From Candidatus Parcubacteria bacterium (GTDB lineage Bacteria > Patescibacteriota > Saccharimonadia > UBA4664 > JBIOIQ01), in NCBI GenBank assembly GCA_963718875.1, contig OY970378.1, positions 68,396 through 132,395 of the forward strand: DNA of 64,000 bases. Direction: 5' to 3'. The translations under genes and the position numbers were made by a program. Below are positions 22,159 through 31,392 of this stretch, piece by piece; position 1 is the stretch's first letter; each line of letters opens with the position of its first letter. Under the pieces are notes generated by a model. The model was given only the letters and a program-made list of their open reading frames with translations, did not search any database and was not told the DNA's origin.

Positions 22159-22611
22159 CTAGGGTTTTGGCTTAATCACTACTCTGCGCTCACGTCCGTC
22201 CCCTTGGCTTTCCGTTACAACTTCGGGGATATCGGCCAAAGCCATGTGGACAATCCGTCGTTCCGCTGCGTTCATGGGCCGTAATGTCCGTGGCTCCCCC
22301 GTTTGGGCAACATGTTGGGCGTCATTTTTTGCTGACTCAGACAAAGCTTCGGCGCGGGCTTTTTTATAATCACCTACGTCAACACTTATATAAACATGCT
22401 CGGCAGTATGAGCCCGCACTAGAGCATTAACGAGTTGTTGCAAGGCATCGAGCGTTTCCCCGTGACGTCCTATTAAACGACCGGTGTCGTCGCTTTGGAC
22501 AGACAGAGTAATAGTTGACTCGTCAAAGTCGGCTTTAGCGGAGGTGTTAACACCAAAGTAAGTCAACATTTCTTCCAGCCGCAATTTTGCTAAAGCCGCG
22601 ATGTCTTCCAC
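22159..22611 (-). CDS. jag: Jag/KhpB-like RNA-binding protein (KH + R3H domains)
   Basis: 150 aa; KH-like LIGRHGETLDALQQLV and R3H-like C-terminus; position downstream of yidC matches the conserved yidC-jag arrangement. Confidence 0.7.
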   Translation of the reverse strand: MEDIAALAKLRLEEMLTYFGVNTSAKADFDESTITLSVQSDDTGRLIGRHGETLDALQQLVNALVRAHTAEHVYISVDVGDYKKARAEALSESAKNDAQHVAQTGEPRTLRPMNAAERRIVHMALADIPEVVTESQGDGRERRVVIKPKP

Positions 22612-23354
22612 TATTTTTTGACCTCTTCCATTTCTTCCACGTCGCGGTTAAGCACCAGGTGTTGTTGCAAGATCGCCACCAGGCTAGTAACTGTCCAGTA
22701 CAGCGCTAGGGCTGCAGGCAGCGTTAAGGCAAATACAAAAGTTACCACTGGAAAAATTGTTCCAGAAATAGCCATGGCTTGAGCGCTGGCATCTTTTTTT
22801 TGCTTGGAAGGGTTTTTAGGAGTCAGTTGGCGCGTTTGGACAAACTGCGTTAAACCAGCTAAAACTGCCAGCACCATGCTTGGCTTGGATAGGTTGATTA
22901 TGCCAAGTAAGCTGGTATGAAGATGTTCGGGGTGGGCAATGATGTCCTTAACAACATCAAAGTTTTTAATTGGCTCGTAAGCTAGCTTGGCAATTTCACC
23001 GGCTTTCAAGACGTCTCGTAAAACGATAAATAGAGCAAACAGTAGAGGAAGTTGGATAAACAGCGGAATTAGGGCCGTAAACGGACTAATCTCTTTTTCT
23101 TTATATAACTCCATGAGTAATTTGCTTTCGAGCTGCTTGTCGCCTTTGGCTTTTTCGCGTACCTTGGCAATTTCCGGAGCCAGCTTCTGCATGGCCCGCT
23201 GCGAGTGGAGCTGCTTATTTACCAACGGCCACAACAGTAGGCGCATGGCAATTGTAAGGGCTATAACAGCTATGCCTAAGTCGTGGCCAGGAATTATGGA
23301 ATAGAAAAATAGCAGGAGATTAAAAAGCGGCTGAATAAGAATGGTGTTAAACAT
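22611..23354 (-). CDS. yidC: membrane protein insertase YidC/Oxa1 (short Gram-positive type)
   Basis: 247 aa, 5 TM helices, conserved QLHSQRAMQKLAPEI...LYKEKEISP core. Confidence 0.85.
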   Translation of the reverse strand: MFNTILIQPLFNLLLFFYSIIPGHDLGIAVIALTIAMRLLLWPLVNKQLHSQRAMQKLAPEIAKVREKAKGDKQLESKLLMELYKEKEISPFTALIPLFIQLPLLFALFIVLRDVLKAGEIAKLAYEPIKNFDVVKDIIAHPEHLHTSLLGIINLSKPSMVLAVLAGLTQFVQTRQLTPKNPSKQKKDASAQAMAISGTIFPVVTFVFALTLPAALALYWTVTSLVAILQQHLVLNRDVEEMEEVKK

Positions 23355-23370
23355 GCAGACCTTTCCGTGA

Positions 23371-23715
23371 TTATTGTGTTAAGACGCCCGATTTACGCAA
23401 TGCGGAGTTTAAATCTTGGCCCAGCGCTGTAGGGGCAGTTTTGGACACATCCTCCCGTACAGTTACTACTATATCGTAACCAGGCTGAACTGTCTGCCAG
23501 TTGTCGCCCAGGTAGCCAGACAAGCGCCGTTTTATACGGTTGCGAACCACTGCTCGCTTAGAAATTTTTTTGCTTACCACGATGGCGACTCTGCTGGTGG
23601 GGAGCTTGGATGACAAAGCTTTGACTTGAAGCGAAGAGACACCACCATACCGCCCTTTGCGGTAAACCATAGCGATGTCTTTTTCACGGCGCAGGCGTTT
23701 GTCTCTAGATAACAT
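23371..23715 (-). CDS. rnpA: ribonuclease P protein component
   Basis: ORF 23371-23799; likely start at MLSRDKRLRRE (23715) giving a 113-aa protein with the RNR motif region KISKRAVVRNRIKRRL. Confidence 0.85.
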   Translation of the reverse strand: MLSRDKRLRREKDIAMVYRKGRYGGVSSLQVKALSSKLPTSRVAIVVSKKISKRAVVRNRIKRRLSGYLGDNWQTVQPGYDIVVTVREDVSKTAPTALGQDLNSALRKSGVLTQ

Positions 23716-23879
23716 AAAAATAATCCCTAATATGCAAATCCCGTAAAGGGACGAGGTCCCCGCGGGACTTTTGGTCCGAAATCCGAAGGAATGAACCAAG
23801 TTCTAATGTTTAAACCATTCGTTACTGGATAATTATTTCGTCCGTCAGCTGACGGATTCGAGCTTAAATATTAGGTATT

Positions 23880-24017
23880 TTAGGCAGAAAGGACTTTGCG
23901 TCCTTTAAGACGGCGGCGCTTGAGCACGTTTCGACCCACGCGCGTAGCCATGCGACTCATAAATCCGTGCACTCTTTGGCGGCGGCGTTTTTTTGGTTGG
24001 TAGGTTTGCTTTGACAT
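23880..24017 (-). CDS. rpmH: 50S ribosomal protein L34
   Basis: Not in the ORF track (45 aa). My minus-strand translation: [45 protein letters not shown]. Confidence 0.9.
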   Translation of the reverse strand: MSKQTYQPKKRRRQRVHGFMSRMATRVGRNVLKRRRLKGRKVLSA

Positions 24018-24134
24018 TACCGAGGAATTTTACACTAATCTGGCCTTCCGGTCAATTCTGCCTTGGTTGAGCGAACGATACACGGCGCCACTTGTGTAAT
24101 AAGCAACTAATCACTCCCGCCTGTTTAGCAAGAC

Positions 24135-24395
24135 TTACTCGTACAGTTGCGAGTGCGTTCCGACAGCTACTAAGATGATGGTGTCGGGAGCCGATTGTAA
24201 AAAATGAACTCTCAAATCACCGCCGGCACTGATGGAGAACTGGGGATAATATTTGCCCTTGAGTTGATGAAGCCGCAACTGTGAGTTGGTAGAGTCTTTG
24301 ATAAATAACTCGATACTTGTGTTGACGCGCTGCTGCTTTCGCAAAGGCAGTTTTACCCATTGTTTGATGTAATTGCGATGGAGATCAATCTGCAT
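24135..24395 (-). CDS. RelE/YafQ-family type II toxin (mRNA interferase)
   Basis: 86 aa with GDLRVHF...IILVAVGTHSQLY C-terminus typical of RelE/YafQ; overlaps the antitoxin gene by 11 nt. Confidence 0.6.
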   Translation of the reverse strand: MQIDLHRNYIKQWVKLPLRKQQRVNTSIELFIKDSTNSQLRLHQLKGKYYPQFSISAGGDLRVHFLQSAPDTIILVAVGTHSQLYE

Positions 24396-24672
24396 GCGGT
24401 AACGACTTGAGGTAGGCCAGAGCCTGTTTGGCGGGCATGGGGCCCGTCAAATTGCGGCCAGCACGAACGTCGCTCTCTACTCCGTCTAGTTGTTTGGCAA
24501 ATGCAGCATTTGGTACTAGTGCTTCAGTGAACTCGACTGTTCGTTCAGCTAAAACCTTGCGGGCCTGGTTGTTCAAAATTGCGCTCATACTGAGGCCGAC
24601 GCTTTCGGCAAAATCCTGCAACTCTTCTTTAATTTTTGGATCCATTTTGATTGATACGACTACGTTTTTCAT
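24385..24672 (-). CDS. RelB/DinJ-family antitoxin
   Basis: 95 aa, MDPKIKEELQDFAESVGLSMSAILN ribbon-helix-helix N-terminus typical of DinJ/RelB. Confidence 0.6.
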   Translation of the reverse strand: MKNVVVSIKMDPKIKEELQDFAESVGLSMSAILNNQARKVLAERTVEFTEALVPNAAFAKQLDGVESDVRAGRNLTGPMPAKQALAYLKSLPHAD

Positions 24673-24839
24673 ATATACAAGGTATTATTTTGTTAGTACT
24701 TTGTCAATACGTGCCTAGCTCTTGAGTCTCAAAACTCACATCACCGTCATTCCGATGGGAAGTCCCACCCTGGCGGGACGCTCCTGATCCGTTCTCCGTA
24801 GCACTACGAAGGATGAATCGAGGATGTCAAAAAAGATAA

Positions 24840-25073
24840 GGTTTTTCGAAAATCTTCTCCACCGCCGGAGTGGACTTTTCCACCGTTTTCTCAGATAGAC
24901 CACAGTTTTGCACAGCTTTTTTGGTCTAAAAAAGCATTAATTTTAACGTTGTGGAAAAACATCATGGTGGTTATGATTATTACATTAGGTTTTTGAGAAG
25001 TGTGAACGAATATTTTTTAGAAGTTTTATTCTAAAATGCGTTTGTTTGTGAACTCATTGCCCTACTAACAAAG
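24840..25073. promoter_or_regulatory. dnaA upstream region with DnaA-box-like motifs (candidate oriC portion / dnaA promoter)
   Basis: TTCTCCACC (~24866), TTTTCCACC (~24885) and TGTGGAAAA (~24951) match TTWTCCACA in 6-8 of 9 positions; the surrounding tract is AT-rich. Confidence 0.4.
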
Positions 25074-26462
25074 GTGGTGAAAGTGGAAAAAAGGGGTTTG
25101 TGGCAGGCTGTGCTTGGCGAATTAGAGCTAACGATTAGCAAAGCTAATTTTGGTACATGGTTTAACCACACAGCAATATTGTCTAATGAAGATGGCCATG
25201 TAGTTATTGGTGTCCCCAATATTTTTACCAAGATTCGACTGCAAGATAAGTACCATGGTGCCATCAAAGACACTTTGGCGCGCATGACACCGGTGAAATC
25301 GATTGAATATAAGCTCACGCCCACCTCAAGCACCACTATTACCTCAAATCCGTTTGTGATTGAAGCCGCGCCAATCTCATCTCCCTCTGAATCTGTACCT
25401 ACGACCAAGGCTGTTACTGCAATGTCCGCTCCATCTACCACTACGCTTAACCCTAAATACACTTTTGACTCCTTTGTGGTAGGTTCAAGTAACGAGCTGG
25501 CCTATGCCGCCTGTATGGCGGTAGCAAAGAGCCCCGGAGCCAAATATAACCCCCTCTATATTTATGGAGGTGTCGGCCTGGGCAAGACGCACTTAATGCA
25601 GGCTGTGGGAAACGAGGTTTTACGGGCCGACCCGACAAAGAAGATTGTTTACATCACAACTGAGGGTTTTACCAATGAGTTTGTTGACAGTATTCGCAAC
25701 AAAAAACCCCAGGGCTTTACCAACAAGTTCCGGGGCGTGGATGTCTTAATCATTGACGACATGCAGTTTTTGGGAACCAAAGAAAAGACTCAGGAAGCTT
25801 TTTTCCATACTTTCAACGCGCTGCACCAAGCTGGCAAACAAGTAATTATTTCCAGCGACAAACCGCCCAAAGCCATTCCCTCACTCGAGGAACGCTTGCG
25901 ATCACGTTTTGAATCGGGCATGATGGCCGACATTCAGCCGCCCGATCTTGAAACCAGAGCAGCCATTTTGCAAAGCAAGGCCAGCGCTCAGGGCGTAATG
26001 TTGCCGCCGGAGGTGATCGAGTACCTGTCGCGCAATATCAAGCAAAATGTGCGCGAACTAGAAGGGGCATTAACTCAGCTGGTAGCGCACTGTGAGTTTT
26101 TGGGAGTGGACCCAAGCATTGCCACTGTTACGGGCATATTAGGCAATATTGCCATGGCTAAGCCGAAGCTAAAAACTTTATCGGCGCGGTTGGTAATTGA
26201 GCGCGCGGCTGGTTATTACGACTTATCGATTGATGACATTACAGGGCCAAAGCGCGATAAGGAGATTGTGCTAGCTAGACAAGTGGCAATGTATTTAATG
26301 CGCCATGAAATGAGCTTGAGTTTCCCCAAGATTGCTAAGGCAGTCGGCGGACGTGATCACACCACTGCCATGCACTCAGTGCAGAAGATTGAAAAATTGG
26401 TGGAAATTGATGAAATGCTGCGAAGTGAAATCAATGCTGTGCGCGAACGGCTATTTGTCTAG
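25074..26462 (+). CDS. dnaA: chromosomal replication initiator protein DnaA
   Basis: AAA+ Walker A GGVGLGKTHL, Walker B LIIDDMQFL, C-terminal DNA-binding domain; probable non-ATG (GTG) start. Confidence 0.95.
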   Translation: MVKVEKRGLWQAVLGELELTISKANFGTWFNHTAILSNEDGHVVIGVPNIFTKIRLQDKYHGAIKDTLARMTPVKSIEYKLTPTSSTTITSNPFVIEAAPISSPSESVPTTKAVTAMSAPSTTTLNPKYTFDSFVVGSSNELAYAACMAVAKSPGAKYNPLYIYGGVGLGKTHLMQAVGNEVLRADPTKKIVYITTEGFTNEFVDSIRNKKPQGFTNKFRGVDVLIIDDMQFLGTKEKTQEAFFHTFNALHQAGKQVIISSDKPPKAIPSLEERLRSRFESGMMADIQPPDLETRAAILQSKASAQGVMLPPEVIEYLSRNIKQNVRELEGALTQLVAHCEFLGVDPSIATVTGILGNIAMAKPKLKTLSARLVIERAAGYYDLSIDDITGPKRDKEIVLARQVAMYLMRHEMSLSFPKIAKAVGGRDHTTAMHSVQKIEKLVEIDEMLRSEINAVRERLFV

Positions 26463-26504
26463 GCTTTAGATGTGCCCTCACGAGGAGGCTCCTTCTTTTA
26501 GCGG

Positions 26505-26533
26505 TCTATTGCACGGGTGCCTCCCGTGCAATA
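26505..26533 (+). terminator. hairpin downstream of dnaA
   Basis: ATTGCACGGG-TGCCTC-CCGTGCAAT, a perfect 10-bp inverted repeat, followed by ATTTCC (weak U-tract). Confidence 0.35.
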
Positions 26534-26624
26534 TTTCCAAACCAACCATCTTTTTGTGATTACCTTGGAAACTCCTCCATCGCCGCCACGTTAATGAGGA
26601 CGATGGAGGGTAGAACCGCGGCCG

Positions 26625-27056
26625 CTAGTTGCCGCCGAGCTCGATGCACTGGCCGCCGGAAAGTTGTCGAAGACGATCGCGGACGTCGTCGGGGTAAACG
26701 CCGAACTCCTGCGACAGCTCAAACACCCTTCGGCTATAGATCTCCCTCCAGGTTCCGTCGGCTCGGCGATAAGAGGAAACCAAATAGCAATCAAGGCATT
26801 CTCGCTCGGGTGTATTGCGATGAGGTTTGGTCGCATCTTTGCTCGCAGTCGTGCACGAGCGAAGTCTCTCAAAGCGCCAGTCCGGCAACAGATAAAAAGC
26901 GGCAGCCCATAGCTGGTTTGCACTTTCCCATTCGGGAGTTTGGACGAGGCACCTCGCGCAGATTACGCCAGTGGGGCTGGTTTTGATCTGTACGAAGACT
27001 GCAAACTCGCCTTTACATTGCGAGCAACTAAGGCGGCGTTCGGTGAATTGTTGCAC
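26625..27056 (-). CDS. hypothetical protein inside the high-GC insert, Cys-rich (CxxC...CxxC)
   Basis: 143 aa ORF in the ~60% GC segment 26470-27790 between dnaA and dnaN; no recognisable family. Confidence 0.35.
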   Translation of the reverse strand: MQQFTERRLSCSQCKGEFAVFVQIKTSPTGVICARCLVQTPEWESANQLWAAAFYLLPDWRFERLRSCTTASKDATKPHRNTPERECLDCYLVSSYRRADGTWREIYSRRVFELSQEFGVYPDDVRDRLRQLSGGQCIELGGN

Positions 27057-27207
27057 GTACGGTCCTTTCCGGTAGACGGATGCGTATCGCGATGTGAAGA
27101 GCTAGCCGAACTCATTCGACCCCCAAGTTGGCAAAGTTTGTAAACTTAGGGGTCGGCCCCGCCGCTGCCGGTTAGGGCAAACGGCGGGGCCAAAACAACA
27201 GTTGCAT

Positions 27208-27771
27208 CTAGGGGCGGAAGGCGTTGACGGCAAAGATGGTGCCCGGCTGCCACTCGGTCTCATCGGCCACGGTGAGCAGACCGAGGTGCCGCACCTCGTC
27301 GCTGTCGCTGCCGACGTGTCCCACCCAGACATTGGGGACGCTCCAGACGCCCTTACGTACCTTCTTGGTGAGGCGAAGACCGACCGTCACCCTCATGGCA
27401 CGACCTTCGAGCTGTGCGATGGGATCGCAGGGAAAGTCAGGGTGTTGAGCCAGGGCCGCCAGGACGCGAGGTCCAGAGGGCAAAAGGGTGTCTCGACCTC
27501 TCTCGAACATCAGGCTGGCCTGGATCTCGGCCGTGGTTGCCCAGTCGTCGAGCTCGTAGAGCATGACTGTACCGGAGTACCCATGCCCCTCGAACTCGTC
27601 GCTGTAGGCGGGGTCGGCAAGGAGGGCGGCGTTGATAGTGAGGTAGTCGCTGGCGGATTGTGCCAACGAAACGCCACTAGGGACGTCGACTCGTACCTGA
27701 CGGATGTCTCCGGATTTCCAAAGACGCTTCATGATGGTCCCTTCGGGGTTTGGGGCAGGTGCCCGGTACAA
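27208..27771 (-). CDS. hypothetical protein inside the high-GC insert
   Basis: 187 aa ORF, same orientation as 26625-27056; a GC-rich hairpin (GGCCCCGCC...GGCGGGGCC, ~27150-27190) lies immediately downstream. Confidence 0.4.
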   Translation of the reverse strand: MYRAPAPNPEGTIMKRLWKSGDIRQVRVDVPSGVSLAQSASDYLTINAALLADPAYSDEFEGHGYSGTVMLYELDDWATTAEIQASLMFERGRDTLLPSGPRVLAALAQHPDFPCDPIAQLEGRAMRVTVGLRLTKKVRKGVWSVPNVWVGHVGSDSDEVRHLGLLTVADETEWQPGTIFAVNAFRP

Positions 27772-27963
27772 CAGCTTTTGAAGAACGTCCTGAGCACAAA
27801 AAACAGTAAATATTGGGTGATGCGATCAGTTGGTTATAGATATTACACTATGAATCATAATTTGTCAAGTATTGAAAGGTTATTTTTTCTTTATATCTGT
27901 TAATTTATAAAATAACTCGGATAAATTGACGTATATATGAATAAATGATAATATTTAATTGTT

Positions 27964-28515
27964 ATGGCTAGACCAGCAACCACAATTCACTTTTTAATGA
28001 CGGGTGGGACGATTGATTCGGAATATAACGGCCGGCAAGACTTAATATTGCCCAACAGCAAGTCGGTGATTCCCGAATTTATTCGCGGGTTGAGGCTCAA
28101 GCAAGGTGCCAAGTTTAATGTGGTGTGTATGAAAGACAGCCGCGAGATAGATAAAATTGATCGGCAAATGTTGCTTAACGCTATTGAGGTTAGCCCGTAC
28201 CGAAAAATTATTGTGACGCATGGACTTTATACTATTACCGAAACTGCGCGCTATCTGGCAAAAAATCTTAAGCGCCGTGACCAAGCCGTTATTTTGGTGG
28301 GGTCGCTCTTGCCTATTCGAGGGTTTGCCCCATCAGACGGACCTTTCAACCTCGGCGTTTGCGTAGCCGAAATACGCCATCTTAAAAAAGGCGTACTTGT
28401 GGCCAATGGTAACCACTTGGTGGACGCCTATGATGAAATGGAGTTGGCGCAAACAGTGTTTTTGAGCTCGCCTTTTTCAGAAAAACCTATTGCTTCAAGC
28501 TCAGCCCAGAGCTAA
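27964..28515 (+). CDS. L-asparaginase N-terminal-domain protein (truncated asparaginase/GatD-like)
   Basis: HFLMTGGTIDS matches the asparaginase TGGTIAG threonine motif; 183 aa is about half a full asparaginase. Preceded by a very AT-rich tract (27800-27960). Confidence 0.5.
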   Translation: MARPATTIHFLMTGGTIDSEYNGRQDLILPNSKSVIPEFIRGLRLKQGAKFNVVCMKDSREIDKIDRQMLLNAIEVSPYRKIIVTHGLYTITETARYLAKNLKRRDQAVILVGSLLPIRGFAPSDGPFNLGVCVAEIRHLKKGVLVANGNHLVDAYDEMELAQTVFLSSPFSEKPIASSSAQS

Positions 28516-28873
28516 ACCTTAAATTAGGGTTTTTAAAACCTGTGGTAATGCGACAAAACAGATTGCGTCCATGTATACTTTGGTAAGTAACTGGTAGTTT
28601 TGGAATGGTGGAAATAGTTCGGGAAAGGATGTGGGAAAAGATGATATTTCCCCAGTTTTGCATAAGCGCTTTGATAACTCATCCACAAGCACCAACACTT
28701 TACCCCACTCCCGCCCGCGGTTATCATGCTTATGTTCACAGTTTTATTTAAAGTATTATAACTTCACAAAGGCTTTTATAATGGTTATGCCCAGTGTCCC
28801 CAACCACTATAATTATGCTTACTGTCTTAAAGTCATCCTATAATAAACTAATAAGAAAGAGATAAGGGGATAA

Positions 28874-29986
28874 GTGAAAGCTAGCGTTACACAAGAAAAC
28901 TTGAATAAAGCCCTCGGTCTAGTTGGTAGAATAGTTAGTTCACGTAGTAGTTTGCCCGTACTGGGAAACATTCTCCTTAGTACTGACAAAAATCGTTTAA
29001 AGCTAGCGGCTACCAATCTTGAAGTTGGAATAAACTATTGGGTGGGTGGAAAAATTGAGCAAGAAGGGGCAATAACCGTACCTGCGAGGTTGGTGTCTGA
29101 GTTTGTGGCGAGTCTTCCAAGTGGGACAATTGAGCTAGATGCTAATGAATCAGGTGTGACCGTTAAAACCAATCATTATCAATCGCATATTAACGGAATA
29201 TCAGCCGATGAATTTCCGCTTATTCCGCAGATTAAGAACAAGCCAGTGTTAACACTCTCGGCTGAACAGTTTCGAGATGCCTTGCAACAAGTGGTTGTGG
29301 CTGCGTCAGCTGACGAGTCGCGTCCCGTACTTGCCGGCGTTTACATGTTTGTGGAAGACAAAAATTTGTTTTTGGTTGCCACAGATAGCTACAGGTTGGC
29401 TGAACGAACCTTAGCTTTAAAAGAAAACCCAGCTGAAAAACTAGAAGTAATAGTGCCTGCTCGTACCATGCAAGAGCTAGCTAGGATTTTGGCCGAGGCA
29501 GAGTCTGAATTGTCGATATATGTGGCGGATAATCAAATAATGTTTGAAGTCGATAGTGTTGAGCTGACGTCTCGTTTAATTGATGGCCAATTTCCTAACT
29601 ACAGGCAAATTATTCCGGCCAAAACCGAAACGGCAATTGAAATTGATACCGCCGAGTTTAGTCGTATTACTAAAGTGGCGAGTTTGTTTGCGAGGGAGAA
29701 TGCTGGTGGTGTTAAGCTTGAAATAAAACAAGGCGGACAAGTAAGTATTGTGTCGGCGGCTTCGCAATTGGGCGATAATGTTTCTACGGCTGATTGCGTT
29801 ACCATTGGTCCCGACGGTGAAATTTCGCTTAATACGCGCTACTTAGCTGATGCGTTGGCGGTTATAAAAACGCCTCAAGTGGAGTTTGCCACCAGCGGCA
29901 AACTGTCGGCTTGTATGTTACGGCCAATTGATGACAAGGGTAAAACTACCAACTACCTGCATATTATTATGCCGCTGCGAACTTAG
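28874..29986 (+). CDS. dnaN: DNA polymerase III subunit beta (sliding clamp)
   Basis: 370 aa, GTG start; three-domain clamp signature (LLSTDKNRLKLAATNLEV..., VVVAASADESRPVLAGV...). Confidence 0.9.
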   Translation: MKASVTQENLNKALGLVGRIVSSRSSLPVLGNILLSTDKNRLKLAATNLEVGINYWVGGKIEQEGAITVPARLVSEFVASLPSGTIELDANESGVTVKTNHYQSHINGISADEFPLIPQIKNKPVLTLSAEQFRDALQQVVVAASADESRPVLAGVYMFVEDKNLFLVATDSYRLAERTLALKENPAEKLEVIVPARTMQELARILAEAESELSIYVADNQIMFEVDSVELTSRLIDGQFPNYRQIIPAKTETAIEIDTAEFSRITKVASLFARENAGGVKLEIKQGGQVSIVSAASQLGDNVSTADCVTIGPDGEISLNTRYLADALAVIKTPQVEFATSGKLSACMLRPIDDKGKTTNYLHIIMPLRT

Positions 29987-30029
29987 CTGTAATCCCTAGC
30001 CCCTAAGTTCTAGAGGGTATAATATCCTT

Positions 30030-31106
30030 GTGGCACTAACCTCTCTTAACTTGGTTAACTTTCGCTCTTATCGCGATGAATCTTTTGAATTTGGTAACGG
30101 GGTCACTTTGGTGGTGGGGCCAAACGCTAGTGGAAAAACCAACTTACTCGAAAGCCTATATGTGCTGGCTTCAACCAAGTCGTTTCGGACTCGCGATCCA
30201 GGGTTGGTTTGTCATAATCAAGATTATTTTCGGATTGTCGGACACTTTCAAGATGATGAAGTGACACTATCGTATGGGCTTCAAAACGGACGCTCTACGA
30301 AACACGCCAGTCGCAACGGAGCAAAGCAAAGCTTAGTGTCGCATGTTGGTAGTGTGCAAGTGACATTGTTTGAGCCCACTGACCTCGAGCTTACTAGTGG
30401 TGCGCCTGAGCGACGTCGGCGCTATATAGATTTTATACTTTGCCAAACCAACCGCGCCTATTTAACGACCTTGAGTCAATATCGAAAGGTGTTACGTCAG
30501 CGCAATAGCCTGCTTAGTAGTTTTGATACATCCCGTATAAAAGACGAGATTTTTGCTTGGGACGTCAAGTTGACAGAGCTAGCAAATGAGATTTATAGTC
30601 GTCGGCTGGAATTTTTAAACTATCTAAACCAAGTGGCTCCTGATTTATACTACGACGTGTCGGGCGAACTAGTTAAAATTAAGTTTGAGTATCAGCCTAG
30701 TGTGGGCGCCAGCGATTATGCAGGTAATTTTTTAGAGGAGCTAGCCAGGCGGCTGACAATCGATTTGGCGGCTGGGTTTACAACTATTGGGTCACATCGA
30801 GAAGACTTTAGGGTCACGTTTAAAAGTAATGACATTAACTCAGTGGCTTCAAGAGGAGAAAACCGCAGTGTAGTGCTAGTAATGAAACTAGCTGAGCTAG
30901 CTTACAACGAGGAGCGCAGCGGCATAAAACCAATTCTTTTACTGGACGATGTTTTTAGCGAGCTAGATATCAACCGGCGCAAGTATTTGGTTAAAAAAGT
31001 TAGTGACCACCAAACCATTATCACGACTACAGAGGCCGAGGCTATCAAAGACATTATGGGTGACTACCATCTTATATCTACTGAGGACAGTTATGCTCGG
31101 CAGTAA
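30030..31106 (+). CDS. recF: DNA replication and repair protein RecF
   Basis: GTG start; Walker A GPNASGKTNLLESL and Walker B LLLDDVFSELD. Confidence 0.9.
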   Translation: MALTSLNLVNFRSYRDESFEFGNGVTLVVGPNASGKTNLLESLYVLASTKSFRTRDPGLVCHNQDYFRIVGHFQDDEVTLSYGLQNGRSTKHASRNGAKQSLVSHVGSVQVTLFEPTDLELTSGAPERRRRYIDFILCQTNRAYLTTLSQYRKVLRQRNSLLSSFDTSRIKDEIFAWDVKLTELANEIYSRRLEFLNYLNQVAPDLYYDVSGELVKIKFEYQPSVGASDYAGNFLEELARRLTIDLAAGFTTIGSHREDFRVTFKSNDINSVASRGENRSVVLVMKLAELAYNEERSGIKPILLLDDVFSELDINRRKYLVKKVSDHQTIITTTEAEAIKDIMGDYHLISTEDSYARQ

Positions 31107-31347
31107 CGATTATTTACGCCAAAAAGCTAGCGAGCTAGATCTTGCGCGCGGCGACTTCTTAGAAGCGGTCCAGCGGCTTTTGGAGCAATGGTATCCGGGG
31201 ACAGTGCGGGCTGTGAGTTTCAATAAGGGGACTTTGCGCCTGGTAACGCCTAATGCGTCGGTGGCGGGTGAACTAAGGTTACGTCAAGTTGAGCTGTTGG
31301 AGGCCATTAAAGAACCGGTGGAGCGGCTGCAGATAAACATTGGCTAA
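31093..31347 (+). CDS. DUF721-family protein (conserved recF-downstream gene)
   Basis: ORF 31003-31347; likely start at MLGSNDY (31093) overlapping the recF end; GTLRLVTPNASVAGELRLRQVELLEAI fits the DUF721 pattern. Confidence 0.5.
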   Translation: MLGSNDYLRQKASELDLARGDFLEAVQRLLEQWYPGTVRAVSFNKGTLRLVTPNASVAGELRLRQVELLEAIKEPVERLQINIG

Positions 31348-31349
31348 TA

Positions 31350-31392
31350 GTTTTATAGAGTCTTTAGAATCCGTAACGTCCTAAAGTAGTTC
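31350..31392. terminator. hairpin between convergent genes
   Basis: CCGTAACG-(21 nt)-CGTTACGG inverted repeat between the DUF721 stop (31347) and the minus-strand stop (31392). Confidence 0.3.
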
